46,122 nucleotides of DNA from an uncultured archaeon (GTDB taxonomy: Archaea; Aenigmatarchaeota; Aenigmatarchaeia; CG10238-14), in assembly GCA_964373165.1 (NCBI GenBank), contig CAYJTF010000003.1:1-46122 (forward strand), given 5' to 3'. The position numbers and the translations under genes were made by a program. The notes beneath the pieces were generated by a model. It had not been told where the DNA came from. It saw nothing but the letters and a program-made list of their open reading frames with translations, and did not search any database. The first letter of the stretch is position 1. Each line of letters starts with the position of its first letter. Below are positions 1 through 8,780 of this stretch, in pieces.

Positions 1-60
1 AAACACGAGAGACATATCAAAATCAAAAGAACGGCATTTTTCATCGCTAATTAGCGTCAC

Positions 61-369
61 TTACTTATTTTTATCAGCGATTTCCTTTACTCTATTTAAT
101 TTCATCATGACACCTTCAATAGAATGTGCCAGATCCTGCCCGTCTTCTGTTAACTCTATGATCTTTATTCTCCCCTGTTTTTTAAATGCCACTAATCTTA
201 AATCTTCTAACTCTTCTAGTAATTTTACAACATGAGAATAAGTACAATCCACATCCTTAGAAATTTGCGTTGCATACTTCGGACCTCTTTTTAGTGAAAT
301 AACTATATTTACCGGTTTTAGCCTTAAAAACAGCTTTGAAAGATTGTTTTGACTTAACGCCATTATCAT
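61..369 (-). CDS. small winged-helix (ArsR/MarR-like) DNA-binding protein
   Basis: 102-aa ORF. The segment 'GPKYATQISKDVDCTYSHVVKLLEELEDLRLVAFKKQGRIKIIELTEDG' has the helix-turn-helix plus beta-wing pattern. No catalytic motifs. Confidence 0.5.
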   Translation of the reverse strand: MIMALSQNNLSKLFLRLKPVNIVISLKRGPKYATQISKDVDCTYSHVVKLLEELEDLRLVAFKKQGRIKIIELTEDGQDLAHSIEGVMMKLNRVKEIADKNK

Positions 370-656
370 CTTATTATATTAAGTGAAAACATACTTATAT
401 AGTTTAGTCGTTTAATTAAAAAATATATTTAATAAAATAATAGAAATAATATAGTGATTTAAATTATTATTTTTTATAGTATAAATTAGAATTAGTAAAA
501 TTAAAATATATAATAAAAAATATATAATGAAGTAAAAGTATGACGTTTTTTTGTAAGTGTGAGCTAGTAATTTGGGCAAATAATTCTTACTGATAAGTGG
601 TATATATATTCAATCATGAAAAATTAAATTTTGATAAATTCAAAATATTGTCAGAT

Positions 657-2120
657 ATGCTAAAAAATAAACTGTTTTGTGTCAGTTTGATTCTAGCTTT
701 AGATTTGTTTTGTGTTGTTTCTGAATCAAAAGTGATAGTTACGGAAATAATGTACGATCCTATTGGTAATGATAATAATCATGAGTGGATTGAGATTTAT
801 AATGATGGTGAAGAGGAAATTGAAATAGTTGGAGGCGAATCCGAGGGTAGCTGGCGTTTCAACGATGGAAACAATCATAAATTAAACAAAAGTGGATTTA
901 TAGATCCTATGTTAATATACCCAGGAGAATATTTGATATTGGCAGATAATCCTACAACTTTTCTACAAGATTTTTCGGATTATGAAGGTACTATAATTGA
1001 TACTATAATGTCGTTATCCAATAATGGAGATACTATTAAGTTAAGTGACAACGAGGGAAAAGATTTTTTTGAGGCTGTAACATACACCCCAAATATTGGA
1101 GGAAAAAACAACGGTAATTCTCTTCAATTAATTAACAACAAATGGATAGAATGTGCACCTTCACCGGGTTTGGAAAATGACTGCTCTATTTCGGAAGATA
1201 CAACTACAATCCCAACAGTTAAGGAAGAAACGTCCACTACAACAACCATAACGACTTCTGAAGTCACCACGACAATTCTAAAACCTGATAGTAATAGATG
1301 TGATTTCAAGATTTCTGTAAACACAGACAAACATTCCTTTGATTTGACAGAAAAGATAAAGTATAAGATCAGATTGGAAAACTTGGATTGTAATAAAAAG
1401 AAGAACAAGATAGAAATAGAGCATTGGATTGAAGATCAAAATGGAAATTTAATAAAAAATAGAGATAACTCCACTGTTGAAATAGTTTGTCAAAGTTCTA
1501 AAATTTTTCAGTGGACTCCTAAAATATCAGGTATTTTCATTGTAAAATCAAAAATATCAGGTATTTCGTGCCTTGATTTCAATGAAAAGAATAATGAAGA
1601 TAATGAGAACATAACTATTCAAAAAAAAGTGGAAGCCGGTGGTCATGAATCAATTATAAAAATTAGCAAAATTAAAACTGAAAATCGAATTAAGTTTGGA
1701 GAGTCGTTTATATTAGATATAGATATATTCAGAGGAAACACTTCTGAATCCGCGATTAATTTTTGGGTACAAGATCATAGTGGTAACAAGATCAGTGATG
1801 TGTATTCTTTGCATATTAGTTCTAAAATGAAGCATTATAGATTTTCTGTTCCACTTTACTTATTGCCCAATTGCGACGGTAAATACAGATATGGAAAATA
1901 TGATATTATTGGCAGAGGTCTGGGCCTGAATATTTCCAAAGAAATAGAAATAAATGAAAATTCTGATGTTGCATGCAAAACCATTGTCAAAGAATCTATC
2001 AAAGAATCATTGAAAACTGAAAACACAACTCAGAAATCAGTTGAGAAACTAAAAAGTGTAGGGCATTTCATAAAAATTAGAGACAAATTAATTAATTTTT
2101 TTAAAAAAATTCTCTCCTGA
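657..2120 (+). CDS. secreted surface protein with N-terminal lamin-tail domain (LTD), Thr-rich linker and two Ig-like repeats
   Basis: The ATG at 657 gives a signal-like N-terminus, 'MLKNKLFCVSLILALDLFCVVSES'. LTD-like block 'VIVTEIMYDPIGNDNNHEWIEIYN...GEYLILADN...LSNNGDTIKLSD'. Linker 'TTTIPTVKEETSTTTTITTSEVTTT'. The upstream GTG at 597 is a less likely start. Confidence 0.6.
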   Translation: MLKNKLFCVSLILALDLFCVVSESKVIVTEIMYDPIGNDNNHEWIEIYNDGEEEIEIVGGESEGSWRFNDGNNHKLNKSGFIDPMLIYPGEYLILADNPTTFLQDFSDYEGTIIDTIMSLSNNGDTIKLSDNEGKDFFEAVTYTPNIGGKNNGNSLQLINNKWIECAPSPGLENDCSISEDTTTIPTVKEETSTTTTITTSEVTTTILKPDSNRCDFKISVNTDKHSFDLTEKIKYKIRLENLDCNKKKNKIEIEHWIEDQNGNLIKNRDNSTVEIVCQSSKIFQWTPKISGIFIVKSKISGISCLDFNEKNNEDNENITIQKKVEAGGHESIIKISKIKTENRIKFGESFILDIDIFRGNTSESAINFWVQDHSGNKISDVYSLHISSKMKHYRFSVPLYLLPNCDGKYRYGKYDIIGRGLGLNISKEIEINENSDVACKTIVKESIKESLKTENTTQKSVEKLKSVGHFIKIRDKLINFFKKILS

Positions 2121-2150
2121 TTTAAATTATTTTAATCATTAATTATTTGC

Positions 2151-2924
2151 ATGGAAGTAAAAGAACAAATAAGACACTGGAACAAAATAGCCAAAGCTTA
2201 CTCAGACAACATTTTAGGTCCGTTTTCTGAAGGAATTTCTAATCCAATTTTCTGGTATATCGATAATAAAATAGAGAATGTGAACAGCAAGTCAGTGATA
2301 GATATAGGAACAGGCGTTGGAAATTTTCTTCCACACCTTTCAGAGAAATTTCAAAAAGTTGTTGGTATAGACATATCTCTGAAAATGATTGAAAAATCAA
2401 AAGAATTGACAAAGGATATGAAAAACGTTTTTCTTCATGTAAAAGATGCAAGAGATTTGTCAGAATTCCATAATCAGTTTGATGTCGTAATTGCTGTTAA
2501 CTCAATACTAATGCCAAATATTATCGATATTAATAAAATGTTTAAAGAACTTCACGATGTACTAAAAGATGATGGTATACTACTTGGTACTTTTCCAACA
2601 ATGGATGCTGTATTATTAATGGGTTTGCTAGGCATGGAAAAAGCCATAGAAGAAGGAGGAGATCACGATTTAGCCATTGAAAAGGCAAAAAAAGTCATGT
2701 CATTTGAGAATTGTGATTTTGTTCTCGGTACTTATAATTATGACGGCCTTGTGCAAAAACATTATTATAGGTTTGAATTAAAATATAGACTGAAAAAGGC
2801 GGGTTTCAAAAACATAAAATTAAGAAAGATTTTTTATCCATGGGAGGATTATGGTGAGGAGAGGTTATTAGAGATTAAAAATAAAAATAAACCATGGGAC
2901 TTGTTTGTATTCGCAAAGAAATAG
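2151..2924 (+). CDS. class I SAM-dependent methyltransferase
   Basis: SAM-binding motif I 'VIDIGTGVGNF' followed by an acidic loop 'VVGIDIS', in a Rossmann-type arrangement. Confidence 0.65.
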   Translation: MEVKEQIRHWNKIAKAYSDNILGPFSEGISNPIFWYIDNKIENVNSKSVIDIGTGVGNFLPHLSEKFQKVVGIDISLKMIEKSKELTKDMKNVFLHVKDARDLSEFHNQFDVVIAVNSILMPNIIDINKMFKELHDVLKDDGILLGTFPTMDAVLLMGLLGMEKAIEEGGDHDLAIEKAKKVMSFENCDFVLGTYNYDGLVQKHYYRFELKYRLKKAGFKNIKLRKIFYPWEDYGEERLLEIKNKNKPWDLFVFAKK

Positions 2925-2959
2925 CAGGTATAATTAATTAACTTTACAAAATTAAGGAT

Positions 2960-3868
2960 ATGATTACAATAACATTTTTAGGAACGGTATCCGGTATTCC
3001 TACTTTGAACAGAAACCACCCAGCTATAGTTATGGAGTACTATTCTTATTACAGAGACGTTTTTCTTTTTGATTGTGGCGAAGGCACACAAAAACAACTG
3101 ATGAAATCTGGCATAAGCTTTATGCAGATAAAGAAGATATTTATCACACATTGGCATGCTGATCATTTTGCTGGCTTGATACCAATGATTCAAACTATGA
3201 ACCTGGAGAAGAGAAAGGAACCATTAGAGATATATGGGCCTGAGGCAGAGAGATTCGTCTCGAATATACTTGATTTAGGCTATTTCGGCATGAGATTTCC
3301 AATAAAAGCTTTTAATTTGAAATTTGAAGGAAACGAAGTATCTAAAATTGTTGAAACAGATGACTATGAAGTTTTATCAGTTCCAGCTTATCATACAGTT
3401 CCGGCAGTTGCTTTCTGTTTTAAAGAAAAGGATAAATGGAATATAGATGAGGATAAACTAAAAAAATATGACATAAATAGAGGACCTTGGCTGAAAAAGT
3501 TAAAGGCTGATGGAAAGCTAGAATGGAAAGGTAAAACGATTAGAATGGAGGATGTCGGCTATGTCAAACCGGGATTGAAAGTTGTTTATTCGGGTGATAC
3601 CAAACCCCATAAAAATATTATGAATTTATCTAAAGATGCAGACGTATTGATTCATGATGGTACGTTTTTAGAAGAAGATGTAGCTGAGAAGTCTCACACA
3701 GACGTAAAAGCGGCCGCTGAACTCGCAAAAAAAGCAAACGTAAAAAAATTGATATTGACTCATATAAGTAGGAGATATACTGATACGAAAGAACTGGAAG
3801 AACAAGCAAAAAAGTTATTTGAAAATACAAAAATTGCTTATGATTTTATGAAGGTTGATTTGAAATAA
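2960..3868 (+). CDS. rnz: ribonuclease Z (tRNA 3' endonuclease, metallo-beta-lactamase fold)
   Basis: 302 aa. 'ITFLGT' N-terminus, 'FDCGEGTQ', HxHxDH motif 'HWHADHFAGL', C-terminal 'LILTHIS'. Length and motif order are typical of short-form RNase Z. Confidence 0.8.
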   Translation: MITITFLGTVSGIPTLNRNHPAIVMEYYSYYRDVFLFDCGEGTQKQLMKSGISFMQIKKIFITHWHADHFAGLIPMIQTMNLEKRKEPLEIYGPEAERFVSNILDLGYFGMRFPIKAFNLKFEGNEVSKIVETDDYEVLSVPAYHTVPAVAFCFKEKDKWNIDEDKLKKYDINRGPWLKKLKADGKLEWKGKTIRMEDVGYVKPGLKVVYSGDTKPHKNIMNLSKDADVLIHDGTFLEEDVAEKSHTDVKAAAELAKKANVKKLILTHISRRYTDTKELEEQAKKLFENTKIAYDFMKVDLK

Positions 3869-3872
3869 CAAA

Positions 3873-4358
3873 TTATTGGTTGAATCCTCCTCTTTTCTCC
3901 CATTCGTGTATTATATTGAGAGCTTCCTTTTCTAATTTTGATAGATGAATGTATTCCATCTTTTCATTAAACTCGGATAATACCTTTTTGTTGTTATGGT
4001 TACCTTCATAATAATCGTTTTTTGTAGATTTTCTACTCGCAGCAAAAACTACCCTTCTTATTCCTGTCCAGAATGCCCTGCTAAGACACATTATACAAGG
4101 TTCTACAGAACAATATAAAGTATATTCTGTTAGTTGTTTCTTTTCTTTATCTATAGCCTTATCAACAGATTCGGAGTCGGCATGTTTGTTAGCAGTTGGA
4201 TAGGATGAGCTAATTGCGGATGATAAAATATTATTTTTTCTTGCTACAACAGCACCACCTGGAAATAACTTTAAGGCAGATGATTTCTTTGAATTTTTTA
4301 TAGCTAATTTCAAATTGTTAAAATCAAAATTACTCCACAGATTTTTGATTTTGCTCAT
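3873..4358 (-). CDS. CMP/dCMP-type zinc deaminase family protein (TadA/guanine-deaminase-like)
   Basis: 'KHADSE ... VEPCIMCLSRAFWTGIRRVVFAAS' matches the H-A-E ... PCxxC zinc-deaminase layout, but reads HAD at the usual HAE position. Confidence 0.55.
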   Translation of the reverse strand: MSKIKNLWSNFDFNNLKLAIKNSKKSSALKLFPGGAVVARKNNILSSAISSSYPTANKHADSESVDKAIDKEKKQLTEYTLYCSVEPCIMCLSRAFWTGIRRVVFAASRKSTKNDYYEGNHNNKKVLSEFNEKMEYIHLSKLEKEALNIIHEWEKRGGFNQ

Positions 4359-4426
4359 ATTATTTCCACTACTAATTGGTAGTTGTGGAATGTATATTTA
4401 GTTATAGCACCCAATTTTGTAGTAGT

Positions 4427-5194
4427 ATGGAAGTAGAAAAGTTGTTGGAAAGCGTCCAACTTACGGAATACGAAAAGAGAGTTTATTTAGCTCTTTTGAA
4501 ATTAAATGAATCTAAAGCATCTGAAATAAGCAGAAAATCAGGCATACCACAAAGCAGAATATATGATGTGCTAGATTCCTTAGAAAGTAAAGGCTTTGTT
4601 GAAATATTCCTTTCAGAACCGAAAAAATATAAAGTAATTGACATAAGAATAGCGATCAACAATTTTATAAATTTGAAAGAAGAAGAGTTCAAAAAATTAA
4701 AAGAGATGACTAATTCTATAAAACTAAACATACAGAACGTGCCAAAAGAAGGTGTCTGGTTGTTAAAAGGTAAGGATGCCTGGGATAGGAAAGCATATGA
4801 GATGATAAAAAGAACCAAAAAAGAAGAACTCTATTTTATAGGATCTTATTTTACTTTCAGTTATGGCTTGGCCAAACTAGAAAACGAACTGACTAAACGC
4901 GGAGTAAAATTTAGAATGCTATGTTGTGTGAACAAAGAGAATGTCGAAGAACTAAACAAATTCTTAAAATATCAAAAAACCCAAATAAGACATTATCCAC
5001 TTAATGATATAGATTTTGCTGTCCATGACAGAGAAGAAGTAAGAATTGGTATTTATGGTAAGACTACTCCATTAGAAGAACAAATTTGTATTTGGATCAA
5101 AAACAAAGGGATTGCAAACACATTAGCAGATTATTTTGGGACTATTTGGAAAAAGGCCAAACCAGTTAAAGAAGTTATGAAAAAATATCTGTGA
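4427..5194 (+). CDS. TrmB-family transcriptional regulator
   Basis: The N-terminus from the ATG at 4427, 'MEVEKLLESVQLTEYEKRVYLALLKLNESKASEISRKSGIPQSRIYDVLDSLESKGFVE', is a classic TrmB wHTH, with a C-terminal effector-like domain. The upstream non-ATG extension to 4376 was rejected. Confidence 0.7.
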   Translation: MEVEKLLESVQLTEYEKRVYLALLKLNESKASEISRKSGIPQSRIYDVLDSLESKGFVEIFLSEPKKYKVIDIRIAINNFINLKEEEFKKLKEMTNSIKLNIQNVPKEGVWLLKGKDAWDRKAYEMIKRTKKEELYFIGSYFTFSYGLAKLENELTKRGVKFRMLCCVNKENVEELNKFLKYQKTQIRHYPLNDIDFAVHDREEVRIGIYGKTTPLEEQICIWIKNKGIANTLADYFGTIWKKAKPVKEVMKKYL

Positions 5195-5271
5195 CTTTTA
5201 GATGTAATTTTTAAACACGAATTTCATATTTTTCAGTTATTTTATGCAATAATGAGTTTAGTTCAATTAAA

Positions 5272-5345
5272 TGCCCCCGCCGGAATTTGAATCCGGATAA
5301 GAAGCTCCGCAAGCTCCTATGTTATCCTAGTTGCATCACAGGGGC
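5272..5345 (-). tRNA. tRNA-Arg (anticodon GCG)
   Basis: The reverse complement folds as a cloverleaf: acceptor GCCCCTG/CGGGGGC, anticodon stem GGAGC/GCTTC, loop TTGCGGA, T arm CCGGA-TTCAAAT-TCCGG. No intron and no encoded CCA. Confidence 0.8.
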
Positions 5346-5599
5346 ATTAAATAATATTGGCTAAGAAAAAGTATATTCTTGCTTAATTAAATAAAAAATG
5401 CTTTAAAATATATAAAAAAGATTATAAAATCCTATTTATTTAAAATAAAACTTATAAAAGCTCAATAATTTTTTTAGGTTTTAAATGTCTTATTTATTAT
5501 TGAACAAAGCATATGGTTCCTTCTTTTTTGCGTTCAAAGAAACTCTACTCCTACAAACGCATGTATACTATATTACTTAAAAATATTATTGGGGTGTAA

Positions 5600-6745
5600 A
5601 TGCAAATTAGCTATAAATTCCGATTATATCCATCAAAGAACCAGAAAAATAAACTAGTTTGGACTATTGATAAATGCAGATTTACTTATAATAATCTTCT
5701 TGAAAAATTAAATAATCAAAAAGATATAAACAGAAACGAACTCCAACACTCAATTTTAAAATTAAAAGAAGAAAATCCAGAATTGTCTAATGTTTATTCA
5801 AAAGTTTTACAATATGAAAATCATCGTTTGTTTTCCAATTTAAAGACACTATCAAAACTAAAGAAAAATAGTAAGAAAGTAGGTAAATTAAGATTCAAAA
5901 GTAAAAATTGGTTTAAAACATTTACTTATAACCAAAGTGGATTTAGAATTATCATTACGGGGAAAAGATTTCAAAAACTCCATCTATCAAAAATTGGAGA
6001 TATAAGAATGAGGGTGCATAGAAGTATAAAAGGAAACATTAAGCAAATAATAATTAAAAGACACCCATCAGATAAATGGTTCGCTTTTATTGTTGCTGAA
6101 ACAGAAGAAAAGATAAGTAAAACGCAAATTAATGAAAAGGTTGGTATAGATTTGGGAATTTTAAATTATGTTTGTGATAGCTTTGGGAACTATTTTAATA
6201 ACCAAAAATATTTTGATAGAAATCTTCATAAATTACAAAAGGAACAAAGAAGATTTTCTAGAAAGAAAGAAGATTCAGTAAATAAAATAAAACAAAAACT
6301 AAAAGTAGCAAAAATTTATGAAAAAATTGTGAATCAAAGAAATGATTTTTTGCATAAACTTTCAAGATATTATGTTAATAACTATGGGTTCATAGCTGTT
6401 GAAAATCTGAGAATTAAAAATATGACAAGGAATCATTATCTAGCTAAATCAATAATGGACGCTTCATGGTCTAAATTTATCCAAATGCTTGAATACAAGG
6501 CTGAAAGTGCTGGTGTTCAGGTTATAATGGTAGAGCCGAGGAATACAACACAAACATGTTCAAATTGCAGAAGAATAATAGACAAAAAATTAAAAACGAG
6601 AACATTTAAATGTTTTAACTGTAAATTGGTTATGAATAGGGATTATAATTCGGCAATAAATATACTTAAAAAAGCAATACTGTTGGAGCAACAGAAATTT
6701 ACGCCTATGGAGAATGAACCTCTACTGAATGATCAGCAAGTTTGA
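5600..6745 (+). CDS. tnpB: IS200/IS605-family TnpB (OrfB, IS1341-type) RuvC-like RNA-guided endonuclease; no tnpA partner
   Basis: 381 aa. 'YKFRLYPSKNQ' N-terminus. RuvC-like acidic motifs 'VGIDLGI', 'IAVENL' and 'NRDYNSAINI'. Zinc finger 'CSNCRR...CFNCK'. SD-like GGGGTG lies before the ATG. Confidence 0.85.
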   Translation: MQISYKFRLYPSKNQKNKLVWTIDKCRFTYNNLLEKLNNQKDINRNELQHSILKLKEENPELSNVYSKVLQYENHRLFSNLKTLSKLKKNSKKVGKLRFKSKNWFKTFTYNQSGFRIIITGKRFQKLHLSKIGDIRMRVHRSIKGNIKQIIIKRHPSDKWFAFIVAETEEKISKTQINEKVGIDLGILNYVCDSFGNYFNNQKYFDRNLHKLQKEQRRFSRKKEDSVNKIKQKLKVAKIYEKIVNQRNDFLHKLSRYYVNNYGFIAVENLRIKNMTRNHYLAKSIMDASWSKFIQMLEYKAESAGVQVIMVEPRNTTQTCSNCRRIIDKKLKTRTFKCFNCKLVMNRDYNSAINILKKAILLEQQKFTPMENEPLLNDQQV

Positions 6746-6779
6746 TCTAAGAAATAGGAGACCCTTTAAATGGGGGTAG

Positions 6780-6820
6780 CTCACAAGCTTTTAAAATAAT
6801 AACAACAAAATACTTGTGAG
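6780..6820. repeat. 8-bp inverted repeat (CTCACAAG / CTTGTGAG) with 25-nt loop just 3' of tnpB
   Basis: Read directly: 6780-6787 is the exact reverse complement of 6813-6820. The role (IS right-end hairpin or omega-RNA stem) is inferred only. Confidence 0.5.
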
Positions 6821-6858
6821 GATTTCAAGGTGATATATTGGTAGAAGAAAAGGAAGAA

Positions 6859-7014
6859 ATGAAGTGTAGTAGCTGTAAAACCAACCTCTTAGGTGATACG
6901 AATTTCGTTCAATTTAAGTGCCCTGCTTGCGGAAAGATAGACATTTTCAGATGTTCAAAATGCAAAAGATTATCAAATATTTATAAATGTCCTTGTGGCT
7001 TTGAAGGTCCTTAG
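6859..7014 (+). CDS. small zinc-ribbon protein with eight Cys in four pairs (HVO_2753-like), upstream of aEF-1beta
   Basis: 51-codon ORF below the ORF-track cutoff: 'MKCSSCKTNLLGDTNFVQFKCPACGKIDIFRCSKCKRLSNIYKCPCGFEGP'. Four Cys pairs (CSSC, CPAC, CSKC, CPC). It ends 8 nt before the aEF-1beta start. Confidence 0.65.
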   Translation: MKCSSCKTNLLGDTNFVQFKCPACGKIDIFRCSKCKRLSNIYKCPCGFEGP

Positions 7015-7022
7015 TTGATTCT

Positions 7023-7286
7023 ATGAGCAAGGGAACAGTTATCGTTACATATAGAGTGATGCCTAAAGGCGTAGAAACGAATATGGACGAACTACAAAGA
7101 GAGATAACTAAAAAATTTCAGCCTCAAAAAATGGAAGTAGTTCCAATCGGTTTTGGGTTAAATTTCATTAAAATAATTAAAGTTCTAGATGAAGAAGAAG
7201 GATTAGCTGATAAAGTTGCTGATGAAATAGCAACAATAGAAGGCGTTCAATCTGTGGATATAATAGGAATGAGCAGAGGGCTATGA
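7023..7286 (+). CDS. ef1b: translation elongation factor aEF-1 beta
   Basis: 87 aa. 'VIVTYRVMPKGVETNMDELQREI...VPIGFGLNFIKI...IEGVQSVDI' matches the size and pattern of archaeal EF-1beta. Confidence 0.8.
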   Translation: MSKGTVIVTYRVMPKGVETNMDELQREITKKFQPQKMEVVPIGFGLNFIKIIKVLDEEEGLADKVADEIATIEGVQSVDIIGMSRGL

Positions 7287-7317
7287 TTTTAAATCTACTT
7301 CTTATAATATTTAATTG

Positions 7318-7563
7318 ATGAGTAAATCTAAAAATGATAAATATCTTAATTCTAAGATAATTCTACTTTTAGTGTTAGGGGCGTTTTCCGCTTTTTTGGC
7401 ATCTACTATAGCCGGGAATGCTGAAATCAATTTGGGTACGTCGCCTTCTAGCTATTTTCTTGCTGCGCTGATATCTTTTGCTTTGTTTCTGATAGCAGGA
7501 ATAATTTGGGTTTCTGTTTCAATAGCTATGAAAGAGACAGATGTAAAGAGCAATAATCAGTAA
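7318..7563 (+). CDS. hypothetical small membrane protein (2 TM)
   Basis: Two hydrophobic segments, 'IILLLVLGAFSAFLASTIAG' and 'FLAALISFALFLIAGIIWVSVSIA'. No recognisable family. Confidence 0.4.
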   Translation: MSKSKNDKYLNSKIILLLVLGAFSAFLASTIAGNAEINLGTSPSSYFLAALISFALFLIAGIIWVSVSIAMKETDVKSNNQ

Positions 7564-8093
7564 GGTACAAATAGCCTATGCCTATCTATTTCTTTTAATT
7601 CGTCTATTATTCTCTTTTTTACCATCTTTTTGGGGTCTGGTAACATTTCAACTCTAGTTTTCAAATCTTCGAAATCAGAAAAAGGCTTATTCTTTCTTGC
7701 TTTCAATATCTCCCACATATGCTTTTTTCCTATGCCCTGTAGCAATTCTAAAGTGTGAAGACGTGTAGTTAGGGGTCCAGTCTTGTTAAAGAAGTCTACG
7801 AATTTTTGTTCATTCTCGTTAATTATCTTATCGATAGCTACTTCCAATTCTGTTTTTGCATAACTCGTTAATTCGTTATATCTTATTTTGCCTTTTATTA
7901 GTTTTACTTTGTCCCATTTTCCTTCTCCAACATAAACCAGGTCTCCCGATTTAACAGTCTCATCTGGTTTAAGAATGATCTCTAATAGATTTAAGAATTT
8001 ATTTCCTATTCCCAAAACAACAGGCTCCGCTCTCCTACTTGCAGCCATGCCTTTTGGAAGGAAATCCAAGACTATAATATATTCGTCTTTCAT
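7557..8093 (-). CDS. DUF655-family OB-fold/helix-hairpin-helix nucleic-acid-binding protein
   Basis: 'MKDEYIIVLDFLPKG...' N-terminus and C-terminal 'LHTLELLQGIGKKHMWEILKAR', in the conserved L21e-rpo4-DUF655 context. Confidence 0.7.
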   Translation of the reverse strand: MKDEYIIVLDFLPKGMAASRRAEPVVLGIGNKFLNLLEIILKPDETVKSGDLVYVGEGKWDKVKLIKGKIRYNELTSYAKTELEVAIDKIINENEQKFVDFFNKTGPLTTRLHTLELLQGIGKKHMWEILKARKNKPFSDFEDLKTRVEMLPDPKKMVKKRIIDELKEIDRHRLFVPY

Positions 8094-8108
8094 ACAGAAC
8101 AACCCTGT

Positions 8109-8438
8109 TTATACAAACTTATTTACTCTTTCAAGAATAAGTGCTTTTTCTTCTTCTGTCAAGTTTTTGTAATCCTTATCCAGAATAACTCTTACTTCAT
8201 CCCTATCTTTAGGCAGCAAGTTCACTATACTTATTATCTGCCTCTCTGTTAATTTTGATATTTCCTTTAATTTTTCGGTTAATTCTATAGCATTTTTTTC
8301 GCTAATTTTTGTATATTTTTTGAGATGTTCAAAAGCATTTTTTTGCTCATACCCCAGTTCTATCTCCTTGCTCCTCTCTTTGAGTATTTCTAAAGCTTCA
8401 GCATTTGATATTAACCTTTCTTTTAATATCTCTTCCAT
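8109..8438 (-). CDS. rpo4: DNA-directed RNA polymerase subunit Rpo4 (RpoF)
   Basis: 109-aa acidic helical protein, 'LISNAEALEILKERS...EKNAIELTEKLKE...'. It lies immediately downstream of L21e, as in most archaea. Confidence 0.7.
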   Translation of the reverse strand: MEEILKERLISNAEALEILKERSKEIELGYEQKNAFEHLKKYTKISEKNAIELTEKLKEISKLTERQIISIVNLLPKDRDEVRVILDKDYKNLTEEEKALILERVNKFV

Positions 8439-8729
8439 CTAAATCAACCTGATATGTTCTGGCCTGGAAATTACCTGTTTTTCTTTATTTCCATCCATTA
8501 CTTTGATAATATACGATTGCCCTCTTTTATTTGTTATCACGCCTATTTTGCCTGTAAATCTCTTAAAAGGCATTCCTTTGTGGCTTGAAGGCATAGGTCT
8601 GATGAGAACCATGTTACCTATTTCAAATTCCTGTAAATACTTGTTTATAGTCAGTCTTTCTCTATTACCTCTCCTTAAGAGCTTTCTGGTCTTTCTTTTC
8701 GGTCCCTTGGATTTTATAGGCATTTTCAA
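8439..8729 (-). CDS. rpl21e: 50S ribosomal protein L21e
   Basis: 96 aa. 'SKGPKRKTRKLLRR...IGNMVLIRPMPSSHKGMPFKRFTGKIGVI' is the characteristic L21e SH3-like signature. Confidence 0.85.
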   Translation of the reverse strand: MKMPIKSKGPKRKTRKLLRRGNRERLTINKYLQEFEIGNMVLIRPMPSSHKGMPFKRFTGKIGVITNKRGQSYIIKVMDGNKEKQVISRPEHIRLI

Positions 8730-8780
8730 TCACTTTATTCTATAAACTTCTATATTTAAGATTTTTAACCTTTTCAGATT

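Noticed and set aside
370-656. Repetitive AT-rich motifs ('AAAATATAT...') between the wHTH gene and the LTD gene as a possible repeat element.
   Set aside because: This is low-complexity AT sequence consistent with divergent TATA-rich promoters. There are no exact long repeats.
1124-1408. Antisense 'shadow' ORFs throughout the track. Examples: 1124-1408, 2239-2451, 4483-4818, 8941-9405, 9523-10023, 12399-13091, 16494-16796, 22198-22572, 22969-23274, 33704-34159, 36896-37213, 43915-44214.
   Set aside because: Each lies entirely opposite a longer ORF with clear family motifs. Their translations are low-complexity (Ser/Leu/Phe/Ile-rich) with no motifs.
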